From Azolla caroliniana (taxonomy: Eukaryota > Plantae > Polypodiophyta): a stretch of DNA of 64,000 bases. Location: the NCBI GenBank assembly GCA_043228905.1, contig JBHGNT010000011.1:12524001-12588000 (forward strand). Direction: 5' to 3'. Numbering within the stretch: the stretch's first letter is position 1; each line of letters starts with the position of its first letter. Positions 24,666 to 36,018 of the stretch are shown here, one piece after another. The notes under the pieces were generated by a model. That model worked only from the letters and a program-made list of their open reading frames with translations, had not been told where the DNA came from and ran no database searches. The position numbers and the translations under genes are program-made.

Positions 24666-27210
24666 TGAAGGCTCTAGAGGTGTATTCATCGCCATTGTCG
24701 GATCACAGTGTCTTCACTTTGTATCATGATCGGTTCTCCACTTCAATTGTCCACTGAGTGAAGACATCAAACGCTTCATCTTTCGACCTAATCGAATAGG
24801 CCCAGACTTTCCGTGTACAATCATCTACAAATGTGATGAAGTAACAGCAACCACCTAGTGATCGCTCAGGCATAGGCCTACATATATCTATGTGAACGAG
24901 CTCTAGGGGCTGTCGTACAGACTTCGGGTCTATTTCCCGTATCGACAATGCTCGCAAAAGTCCATCTTTGCTTGGAGTTTCAGAATGTAGCCGATCGCCA
25001 TCAACCGATCAAGTCTTGCTTGAGACATATGTCCGAGTTGGCCATGTCATAGGTTTGGCTCGGTCTTTTCAGCTACGTTCACGGCCCCTTCTGGATTGAT
25101 CACCATCATTGGATACAAGTTATTGTACTTGTGTTCATGTCCAATCTTTTGATTTCCTCGGTTGGTCATCCATGTCGACTCACTCAGAGTCGTTCTGTAC
25201 CCGTCTTCGACTAGCATGCCGATGGAGACCAAACTCCTTTTCAGTGCGGGTATGTGCCGAACTTGGTGCAAGACTATTGTGTTGCCATTGGACAATTGAA
25301 TTGTTATTTCAGGAACCACGTATGTGTGTCTTGCGCACTATAGAGGATTTCTCCGATCATCAAGTCCTGTAAGGAGAGGATTTCTCCTGATCGGGTGTCG
25401 GCAACATTAACTTAGTTGCTAACTAGAGAGTGGTTTGAGTCGGATCGTCCTAGATTCCGCTCGGATCACCGACCACTCTCTTTCCTCTTGATAGTCCAGC
25501 AGTAAAAAATGTTGTGACTGCATAATTCGCCTGATCAACTCATTCTCAACTTCAACCGATGTCGGTCTCCCCTCCTTCTCGATCGACTATGATTTCAACC
25601 AGTTCTATCAGCTTGTTCTCTCAATCGACTGTGTCCGTTGATCAACTTAATTGAGTGATGGGCTTCGGCCAACTCATCGATGGTAAGTCCATCGATTTTT
25701 GCCGAATGTCCTCTATGAGAACTTGGCCGACTATTTCCTCTAGATTCAAATTTGGTCAGCTATTGGCAAATGTCGTGCCGAATACCTCCCAGGTCGTCGA
25801 CAGGCTCGATAGGAGAGCAAGGGCTTTAACTTCTTCTTTGAAGTTAATCTCTTGGGAGGAGAGTTTAGACAACACCCTTTGAAGGTGTTGATGTGGGAGG
25901 TGGATGGATCGGTTTCTCTCATCTTCATGTCTTATCAGTATCAATTTCGAAGATGAGGACTTCTTTTCGTACACAACCTACAACTTCTCCCATAACAATA
26001 AAGTTGTTGTCTCCTTGGCCATGCTCAAGTAGAAATTTTCGGCCAGATGCATTCGAATGGTGGAGTGCGCGATTTCGTCTGTGGATCTCCACTCTTTGGC
26101 TATCATCAAAGTAGGTTTTTCAATGTGCCGAATGGCTTCGACCTATAATCTAATGATCAACACATCCTGCATCATCTCCTTCCATAGGGAAAAGTTTTTT
26201 CCATTGAAATTTTGGATCTCAACTCTAGTACCGGATGTTGAAGCCATATACCTTTTTGGAAGTAAGATTTAAAACACGTTCACGTTCACAAGTGGAAGGA
26301 TCACGCATTCCACTTATAGATTCTTTTTATAACCTTGCGATTTTAGGCAATTTTTAGAAACTTGATACACCAATATCACATGTTTTAAGTAGCATGTAAA
26401 ATTTGCTAATTTTTTGAGATTTAACAAGTTTCAAAATAATAATTTCTAAATATTGAATAGTTTTTCAATAAATGTTTAAATGTTGATAGTCTGCAGATAT
26501 GAAATGTAGTTAACTTAAAGAAAATCACAATGGTTAACTCAAGGCACAAGTTAAGATTAATTGTTTCACCATCTTGAGGAGATGTAGGTTCTAGATGTGG
26601 AAGTTACAACTATTGTTAGACTTGAAAATGTTTTAAGTTTAAGAGGTAACATTGTAATCCTTAATGCCATCATCTATAAATTTAAGGCTCATAACATCCA
26701 TAAATTCACAACTCAAGAAATGTATACAATATTCATAAACAATTTTGATAAATCCATAACTCCTAAAATGTAGACGATATTCATAAACTGTTAAAACCAC
26801 CAAACTTAGATGTAAACATTGACATATCAAATTGAACATATCACATAGTTATCAAGGTATCCACAATGCTCTCCTCTTCTTCATTTTGAGAACTCCCTGT
26901 TGAGAGATCAAGCTTAACTTAGTTTAGTTAGTTAGTCAACCATGTAACTTCGTAGTTACCTAGATAACATCTAGTTAGAAGTGTTGACTATAATGCCTTA
27001 AATAGGACCTTGTACTTAAGTGGGATATTCTAGATCCTCCACTCCTAAGTACATTTAATATAGGACTTACACATTAGTACCTATATTCTACTCACACATG
27101 TGCACCTTTGCACATGAGATGTATATATACCTCATTGTGGGTATTTTTGTATTTGATGATGTTTTATTATATACACTCCAATTTACTCATCCCCCATCTT
27201 GTGTTGTTCA

Positions 27211-27248
<38 letters not shown>

Positions 27249-30200
27249 TCTCACACACATACACACACATATCACATAATCTTTCGCTTATCAACTAATC
27301 ACATAATTAGGTACTAATTAATCCTTGCTTAATTACTCACCTAATTCTTAACATGGTATCAGAGTGTGTGCTTTACAAAATCCACTAATCCCACCCGACT
27401 CCATGATTGTATGTTCGAGATGCCGACGACAAAATCCGGCTATCGGCTACCGTAGTGCCGCTACGTAGCACGTGTACGCGATCGAAGGAAGAAAAGCAAA
27501 AGAAGAGAAGACACAATCAACATGAACACCCAAATGGGTAGCTCACTCCCTAGTGAAAAGCTAGATCGGAGCAATTATTCATCTTGGGAGTACAAGATGA
27601 CCCAATACCTCGTCGGCCAAGGGTATTGGAGCTACATTAACGACGCTCAAGAAAATCGACCCAACTCAAAGAACGCCGACTACGCAACATGGGAGCAAAC
27701 GGCGAGTCGAGTCATGTATTGCTTGGCAACATGTGTCCACGACCACATGCTTAGACACATACGAGACGCCAAGACGCCTAAAGAAGCGTGGGTGAAATCA
27801 AAGAAAAGTTTTGCCGCCAACACGACCTCCCGAAAGCTTCAACTTTGACAAGAGTTGAACAACATTTGGCAAAAAGACATGTCCGTGTCAGACTACACCG
27901 CCAAGATCTTGAAAGCATTTGCGACTCGCTTGGCTCCATCAAAATAAACGTCGACGAAGACGAGATGGTTCAAGTATGCTTGGGCGGCCTCGCACAACGA
28001 TTCAATCCATTATGGACGGCAATCTTGGCGAGAGAAAACCCTCCTTCATTCTTCGAGCTCCAATCAATGCTATTGGTCGAAGAGAACCACGTCCGAACCA
28101 AAAGCAAGAAGTCGGAAGGACAAATGTTCTTCTCGAATTCGGACGGTGGCCGAGGAGGAGGTCACGGCGGTAGAAGAGGTCAATTCGACCCATTACACGA
28201 AGGGAACTCAAACCTTCACGGAAGCCATCGAGGAACCTTCAGAAGAAGGGGGAGCTTTCACGCCGAACATGGTCGGCAAACGAGGCCCACAACTTGCAAT
28301 TATTGTGCCAAAATCGGCCACTACAAGGCGGAGTGTCGGAAAAAGAGAAGTGAGTCGGTTTCAACAAGTCGACAACTCACAAACTACGCATCGAACTCCG
28401 ACTATGACTATCGTAGTGAAATGTTTACAAATTACGCCACGAATTTTGACTATGGCAACCATGCCAGAATGTTCGTAATGAGGCATAGAGTGAACTCTAT
28501 GATGGCCTCCAACTCCGCAAGCACCACCAATTCGGAAGATGTGTGGTTCGTCGATTCTAGCGCCTCACATCACATGACATCTCACGAAGAGTGGTTTCGT
28601 GATTTACGAACGCCGGATCGACCCGGCTTCATAGAGACATGAGATGACACCACGCACCCCATTTGGCACATCGGCAATGTCCCATTCGGGAAAGAAGGAG
28701 AACAAACTTGCATCAAGAATGTCTTGCACATGCCCACAATAACGAAGAATTTGGTCTCCGTCGGCCAAATTGTGGAGCAAGGCATGCAAGTCCGCTTCAA
28801 CAAAGAAGGATGCTTCATCGAGAATGTAGTGCCGACTCATAGCGAAGTGGCGGAGAGACGGCCAAATGTTCATCCTCGATTCGAACGAGGTGAAATCGGG
28901 AATGTACGCTAAAGGTCTCAAAACCGAGACAAGCATCGAGTTGTAGCACAAGAGAATCGGCCACATAAACCTCCAACGGCTTTGAGCGATGCAAACCAAG
29001 GGAGTCGTCATCGGACTTCCGACATTCAAGTCAAAACGAGTCAACCGAGTATGCGAAGCATGTCAACTCGGAAAACAACATCGACTCCCATTCCCAAAGG
29101 AGAGCCACACAAGCAAAGGCCTCCTCGACGTCATACACTCGGATGTATGGGGACCGGCTCAAACTTCGACGATCGGCGGATGCCGATACTACGTAACCTT
29201 CATCGACAACTACTCGCGCTACGCGTGGATCTACCCGATGAAGAAGAAGAGCGAAGTGTTCTCCCACTTCCAAAAGCTCAAGGGGCAAGTCGAAAAAGAA
29301 ACCGGTCGGCACATTCGATGCCTATGATTGGATGGAGGAAAGGAGTACTTCTCCGAAGAATTCACCTCCTACCTCCAAAGCGAAGGCATTTAGAGAGAAT
29401 TCTCGTGCCGACACACACCGCAACAAAATGGAGTAGCCGAAAGGAAGAATCAACAAATACTTGAGGTAGCACGCGCCATGATGCATGAGAAGCACATGCC
29501 GAATTTCTATTGGGCCAAAGCGGCATCCACGGTCGTCTATCTCATGAATCGATGCACCATTAATGGAGTGTGTAAAGAATCAAGAGATTGATTCTTGTGA
29601 AGCAGAAGTGATATGAGTTATGTGTGTGTATATGAGAGAGAGAGAGAGAGAGTGAGAGAGACAAGGAATATGCAAGGTAAAGGTATATTGACAAAGGAGA
29701 AAGACTCAACCTTATACAAGGTGGGAGGAGGGTGCTTTATGTAGTCACCCTCTCTCTTCATTAACTACAAGGCTCATGGAGCATGGGGAATGTGAAAGCT
29801 CATAAGTTATGTGTCATAGAATATGATTCTATGACTCATACTAAATGCTAGAGTACAAAGTGGTGACATAATGGTGACTCTTGACCGTTGAGGTGTCTCT
29901 TCACTCTCAAGGTGAGTTCACACACTAGACCAAGTTGAGCTTGATTCTCAACACGCCCCCTCAAGCTCAAGTCGGGTCGGTTTCAGACGATATCCGAAAT
30001 CCGCTTCAATTCATGTTCGGGAGTCCGCGTCGACTCGCTTCGACTTGCTTTATGCGGAGTTGCGGAATCCGTGCTCCAACTTGCGTTGTGCGTAGTTACG
30101 AAGTCTGTGCTTCGGCTTGCGTCTTTCTTCGCGGCTTTGCGCGGTAGATTGGCTCTTTGCTACTACGGTGTGTGGTTGTAGAATCTACGCGTTATTGCGT

Positions 30201-30586
30201 AGTGTCTTCAGTACTCCCCCTCAAGCTTGGCAGATCAGGGATCGTCAATCCGAGATCGGTCATGAATTGCCATAGCTTGTCGGCTCCTAAGGCTTTAGTG
30301 AAGATGTCGGCCGTTTAAAGATTGGTGCTTATGTGTTGTAGGTCGACATCGCCAGCCAGAACGCGCTCTCGGATGAAGTGATAGTGCACTTCGATGTGCT
30401 TTGTCCTCGCGTGGAACACCGGGTTCCGAACCAGATAGATCCTTCAAAATCCTCTTGAGCCATACAGCTTCAAAATCCTCTTGAGCCCAGATCCTTCAAA
30501 ATCCTCTTGAGCCATACAGCTTCAAACGCAGCTACGGCTGCGCCCCTGTATTCCGCCTCCGTACTTGAAAGAGCGACGGTGGGCTG

Positions 30587-33500
30587 TGTTGGGATTTCGG
30601 TCCCTCCGGATGGGATGTCCGGAGATGAATGACGGCAAGCCCGGAGGCTGTTACGGAACCGTAGGATGAAGAGTACCCGGCATGAAGCCGGATGAAGAGT
30701 ACCCGGTTACGGAGCCGGATGCTGAAGACCCCGGTTACAGAGCCGGATGCCGTATGTACCCGGAGAGAGATCCGGATGCGGGGACATATCTGTGAATATG
30801 TTTGCCAAGGGCCCTTGAGGCTATATTTGTAAATAGCCCGAAAGTCATATGTGTATAAATATGACTTAGGGCAAACAGTTTTGGGTTGTTGTTGCTCATT
30901 TTTCTGTTTTCCACTAAGAGGGAGCGAAGTGAGAGCAGCCGAGAGAGAGTGAGAGAGAAAGAGGAAGGAAGAGGTCGACGCCTCTGTGTAATACCGCCGC
31001 CTGTGGCGAGGACAGCGTGCTCAAGGTCGTCGCCTTGCAGCTCGCCATTGTACATTCCCGCGTATAGTGATAGTTGGAGTCTTGTACTCCCGTGGTTTTT
31101 TCCCATTTAGGGTTTTCCACGTAAAACATCCAGTGTACCCTTCTCTCTATTGTTTTCGTGCATTGTTGTATTTCCCGTTTTCTGTGAATCGATCCTGTTC
31201 CTCGGTTGTGGCCGAGCACGGAATTTCGACAAAGTGGTATCAGAGCGACGGTAACACAGAAAATGGAAGGCGGCAGCAGCGGGCAGCCGGGGATGATGGT
31301 GCTGAATGCGCAGAACTACGCCGACTGGAAGATAAAGATGGAGGATCTGCTCATTGTTCGGTACCTGTATGAACCGATCGACAGGTCGGAAATACCCAAG
31401 GGGGTACTTGAGACGGAGTGGAGGCTTCTGAACCGGAAAGCCGTTGCAACCATTCGGCAATACGTCGACGTGAGCGTTCTACAACACGTGGCGAACGACA
31501 CCAACGCATATGAGATGTGGAGGAAGCTGTCGGGCCTCTACGAGAGGAAGAATGCGTTGAACCGGACCTCCCTGATGAGAAAGATAGTGAACCTCAAGTA
31601 CCGGGACGGCGAGAGTATGGTGGAACACGTAAGCACGTTCATGGGATTCGTGAACCAGCTTGCGGCGATCAAGTTCCCGTTGGAGGATGCAATGCAAGCC
31701 ATCATCCTGATCTGTACATTGCCGGACAGCTGGGAGAACTTGGTGGTGACTCTCAGCACCTCCTGCACCGAAGATAGCTTGTCCCTACAAACGGTAAAGA
31801 CAAGTATTTTGAACGAAGAAGCGCGTCGGAGAGATAAAGAACCGGCCTCCGACTCGAAGGCGCTGCTTACCGAATCGGAACGGGGAAGACAATGGAACCG
31901 GAGTCCGCAAAGACGGGAGAAGTCGGGGATCCGGTCGCAGTCAAGAGGAAGACCCACATGCTTCCACTGTGGGAAGCCGGGGCACTTCCGAAAGAATTGT
32001 CGGCATTACCGAAAAGACAACGGAGCCGACGACACCGATTCGAAGAAGTCACCGGAGAGAAACGGTGCATACCGGGGAGCCACGGACCGGAGAGGTCCGG
32101 ATCGGCGAGGGCAGGACCGGAAAGGAACGACGGCACTCGCGGCAAGTGAAGAGGAGATCATGCTCATCACCGAAGAAGGTGAACTAAACATTGCCGGCGA
32201 TGAGACTACCTGGGTGGTCGATTCCGGAGCGTCGTTCCACCTGACCCCGGAAAGTAGATACTTCTCATCCTACACAGCCGGTGAACATGGCTGTGTTCGG
32301 ATGGGAAATGAAGGTACGTGCCGGATTGCCGGCATAGGAGACGTATGGTTGACAACCCCGACCGGATGCAAAATGCTGCTGAAGGATGTACGACACGTTC
32401 CGGAGGTTCGATTGAACCTGATTTCGGCCGGGAGGCTAGACGATGAAGGCTACACAGGTAGCATCCGGAACGGCGTAATGAAGTTTAGCAAGGGAAGCCT
32501 GATAGTGGCTCGGGCCCGGAAAGTCAACACACTGTACCTTATGAATGCCTGGTTGTGTCCGGAAGAGTTGAATGTGGCAGCCGACACTGCCGGTGAGCTG
32601 TGGCACAAAAGACTGTGCCACATGAGTGAGAAGGGGATGAAGAGGCTTGCAGAAGACAACCTTATTCCAGTGAAGCATGTGCACCTGGAGAAGTGCACCG
32701 ATTGCCTGGCCGGTAAGCAGAACCGAACCTCCTTCCACTCAAGGCCACCGACGAGACGAAGCGCACCATTGGAGTTGGTGCACACTGATGTGTGTCAGGT
32801 AGAAACGAAGTCACATGGCGGAGCCCAGTACTTCGTGACTTTCATTGATGATCATAGCCAGAAGCTGTGGACGGCACCGTTGAAGACAAAGGACCAAGTG
32901 TTGTCCATCTTCAAAGAACTCCACGCGAGAGTGGAAAGAGAATCCGGCAAGAAGCTGAAAGCGATACGAGCGGATAACGGAGGAGAATACCGGGGGCAGT
33001 TCGCGGAGTACTGTCGCTCGAAGGGAATCCGGCTCGAGTTTACTGTGCCGAAGACGCCGGAACTGAACGGGCTGGCCGAGAGGATGAACCGGACCATAAT
33101 GGAGAGGGTCCGGAGTATGCTAGCGCATGCGAAATTACCCAAGGGGTTTTGGGCTGAGGCGATGTCGACGGCGACATACGTGATAAATAGATCACCCTCA
33201 GTACCTTTGGACGGAGACACGCCGCAGAGAGTGTGGACCGGTAGGGAAGTGTCCTACCGGCATCTGAAGGTGTTCGGGTGCCTCGCATATGTGCATGTGG
33301 CTAAGGACCGGAGAGGAAAGCTAGATCCAAAGACCCGGCCATGCATATTCCTCGGTTACGGCGATGACGAGTTCGGCTACCGAGTATGGGACCCGGTCGA
33401 CAAGAAGATATTCCGGAGTCGTGATATCATCTTCATGGAGAACAAGACACTTGCCGACTGGGAGTCGGAGAAGAAGATGAAGAGCTCCAAGTCGACCGGT

Positions 33501-36018
33501 GAGGATCAACTCTACGAGGAGCAGTCCCGACCGGCAAGAGACCGGTTAGCACTCGAGGATCCGGCCGAAGACGGTGAAGAAACAGAACCGGCCGAAGACG
33601 GTGAAGAAACAGAACCGGCCGAAGAAGATGAAAATGATACCGGAACCGGCCCCGATCCCGAAATGGATTCGGATGAAGAAGAATCGGAAGAACCGGTTAC
33701 CGAAGCTCCGGAACGGAGATACCCTCTAAGAGAGAGAAGGGCCCCCCGGAGATTTCCGGAACCAGAACACGTGCTGCTAACCGACGAAGGGGAGCCGGAG
33801 AGCTTTGAAGAAGCAAAGCATGACACCCAGAGCCGCAGGTGGTTGAGTGCCATGCAGGACGAGATGGATTCCCTGCATGAGAACCACACATATGAACTTG
33901 TGGAGTTGCCGAAAGGAAAGCGGGCACTTCGAAACAAGTGGGTGTTCAAGTTGAAACCGGGAGATGCCGAAAACCCCCCGAGATACAAAGCCAGGATCGT
34001 GGTGAAGGGGTTTCAGCAGAAGAAGGGCGTCGACTTCGACGAGATATTTGCCCCGGTAGTGAAGATGACCTCCATCCGGACGGTGCTGAGCATAGCGGCA
34101 AGCATGGACCTCGAGGTAGAACAGATGGACGTGAAGACGGCATTCCTTCATGGTGACCTCGAAGAAGAGATCTACATGCAGCAACCGGAAGGATTCGAGA
34201 AGAAAGGGAAGGAGCACCTGGTATGCCGGTTGAAGAAGAGCCTTTACGGCCTGAAGCAGGCTCCCCGGCAATGGTACCGCAAGTTCGACTCATTCATGAC
34301 CGACGAAGGGTACCACAAAACGCAGTCTGATCACTGCGTGTTTGTGAAGAAGTTCGAAGGAGGAGACTCTCTAATACTCCTCCTGTACGTGGACGACATG
34401 TTGATCGTCGGACGGGACCAGGTCAAGATACGGACGCTGAAGAAAGCGCTTCCCCGAACCTTCTCAATGAAGGACCTGGGTCCGGCGAGGCAAATACTAG
34501 GGATGCACATCATCCGGGACCGGAAGAAGAAGCAGTTGTGGCTGTCACAGGAGAAGTACGTGACAAAGGTGCTTCACCGGTTCAACATGTCGGAAGCAAG
34601 ACCGGTCGGGTCAACCCTCCCGGCAAACTGCAAGTTGTCCAGCAAGCAAAGCCCCAAGACAAAGGCTGAGAAGGAGGACATGATGAAAGTACCATATGCC
34701 TCTGCCGTCGGAAGCTTGATGTACGCAATGGTGTGTACAAGACCGGACATAGGATATGCAGTTGGAGTGGTGAGCCGGTACATGAGCAATCCCGGCAAAG
34801 AGCACTGGAACGCGGTCAAGTGGATACTCCGATACCTGAAGGGCACGGCAAACGTGTGCCTCCGATTCGGCTCCGGTAAGCCCGAATTCGACGGCTTTAT
34901 CGATTCGGACATGTCGGCTGATGCAGATACCAGCCGGTCCACATCAGGGTATGTGATGACGTATGCAGGTGGAGCTGTTTCGTGGCAGTCGAGGCTGCAG
35001 AAGACGGTTGCGCTGTCAACCACGGAGGCGGAGTACATGGCAGCTGTTGAAGCCGGCAAGGAAATAATATGGATGAAGGACTTCATTAGAGAGCTCGGTA
35101 TCCGGCAGGAGGAGTACCGACTCTACTGCGATAGTCTGAGTGCCATCCACCTTGCGAAGAACGCGGCCTACCATTCCCGGACGAAACACATCCAGCGTAG
35201 ATACCACTGGATCTGGGAAAGGATAGAAGACAAGGAGTTCGTGTTGACGAAGATCCACACGGATGAGAACGGGTCGGATATGCTGACCAAGGTGCTCACA
35301 CCCGACAAGCTGGAAGCATGCCGGAAGAGGATCGGGTTGGAGAGACATCCCATGCCGAAGTGAAGGGGGAGTTTGTTGGGATTTCGGTCCCTCCGGATGG
35401 GATGTCCGGAGATGAATGACGGCAAGCCCGGAGGCTGTTACGGAACCGTAGGATGAAGAGTACCCGGCATGAAGCCGGATGAAGAGTACCCGGTTACGGA
35501 GCCGGATGCTGAAGACCCCGGTTACAGAGCCGGATGCCGTATGTACCCGGAGAGAGATCCGGATGCGGGGACATATCTGTGAATATGTTTGCCAAGGGCC
35601 CTTGAGGCTATATTTGTAAATAGCCCGAAAGTCATATGTGTATAAATATGACTTAGGGCAAACAGTTTTGGGTTGTTGTTGCTCATTTTTCTGTTTTCCA
35701 CTAAGAGGGAGCGAAGTGAGAGCAGCCGAGAGAGAGTGAGAGAGAAAGAGGAAGGAAGAGGTCGACGCCTCTGTGTAATACCGCCGCCTGTGGCGAGGAC
35801 AGCGTGCTCAAGGTCGTCGCCTTGCAGCTCGCCATTGTACATTCCCGCGTATAGTGATAGTTGGAGTCTTGTACTCCCGTGGTTTTTTCCCATTTAGGGT
35901 TTTCCACGTAAAACATCCAGTGTACCCTTCTCTCTATTGTTTTCGTGCATTGTTGTATTTCCCGTTTTCTGTGAATCGATCCTGTTCCTCGGTTGTGGCC
36001 GAGCACGGAATTTCGATA
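30587..36018 (+). mobile_element. E6: young, structurally intact Ty1/copia element
   Basis: 645-bp LTRs at 30587-31231 and 35374-36018, apparently identical except a terminal CA>TA. TSD GGCTG (30582-30586, 36019-36023), PBS 31235-31246, PPT at about 35362-35373. Confidence 0.97.
31263..35363 (+). CDS. E6 uninterrupted Gag-Pol polyprotein (~1366 aa from MEGG)
   Basis: One ORF with CFHCGKPGHFRKNC, WVVDSGAS, an HHCC zinc domain, IN D-D-E (HTDV, ADNGGE, AERMN), RT YVDD and RNase H. Confidence 0.95.
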   Translation: MEGGSSGQPGMMVLNAQNYADWKIKMEDLLIVRYLYEPIDRSEIPKGVLETEWRLLNRKAVATIRQYVDVSVLQHVANDTNAYEMWRKLSGLYERKNALNRTSLMRKIVNLKYRDGESMVEHVSTFMGFVNQLAAIKFPLEDAMQAIILICTLPDSWENLVVTLSTSCTEDSLSLQTVKTSILNEEARRRDKEPASDSKALLTESERGRQWNRSPQRREKSGIRSQSRGRPTCFHCGKPGHFRKNCRHYRKDNGADDTDSKKSPERNGAYRGATDRRGPDRRGQDRKGTTALAASEEEIMLITEEGELNIAGDETTWVVDSGASFHLTPESRYFSSYTAGEHGCVRMGNEGTCRIAGIGDVWLTTPTGCKMLLKDVRHVPEVRLNLISAGRLDDEGYTGSIRNGVMKFSKGSLIVARARKVNTLYLMNAWLCPEELNVAADTAGELWHKRLCHMSEKGMKRLAEDNLIPVKHVHLEKCTDCLAGKQNRTSFHSRPPTRRSAPLELVHTDVCQVETKSHGGAQYFVTFIDDHSQKLWTAPLKTKDQVLSIFKELHARVERESGKKLKAIRADNGGEYRGQFAEYCRSKGIRLEFTVPKTPELNGLAERMNRTIMERVRSMLAHAKLPKGFWAEAMSTATYVINRSPSVPLDGDTPQRVWTGREVSYRHLKVFGCLAYVHVAKDRRGKLDPKTRPCIFLGYGDDEFGYRVWDPVDKKIFRSRDIIFMENKTLADWESEKKMKSSKSTGEDQLYEEQSRPARDRLALEDPAEDGEETEPAEDGEETEPAEEDENDTGTGPDPEMDSDEEESEEPVTEAPERRYPLRERRAPRRFPEPEHVLLTDEGEPESFEEAKHDTQSRRWLSAMQDEMDSLHENHTYELVELPKGKRALRNKWVFKLKPGDAENPPRYKARIVVKGFQQKKGVDFDEIFAPVVKMTSIRTVLSIAASMDLEVEQMDVKTAFLHGDLEEEIYMQQPEGFEKKGKEHLVCRLKKSLYGLKQAPRQWYRKFDSFMTDEGYHKTQSDHCVFVKKFEGGDSLILLLYVDDMLIVGRDQVKIRTLKKALPRTFSMKDLGPARQILGMHIIRDRKKKQLWLSQEKYVTKVLHRFNMSEARPVGSTLPANCKLSSKQSPKTKAEKEDMMKVPYASAVGSLMYAMVCTRPDIGYAVGVVSRYMSNPGKEHWNAVKWILRYLKGTANVCLRFGSGKPEFDGFIDSDMSADADTSRSTSGYVMTYAGGAVSWQSRLQKTVALSTTEAEYMAAVEAGKEIIWMKDFIRELGIRQEEYRLYCDSLSAIHLAKNAAYHSRTKHIQRRYHWIWERIEDKEFVLTKIHTDENGSDMLTKVLTPDKLEACRKRIGLERHPMPK

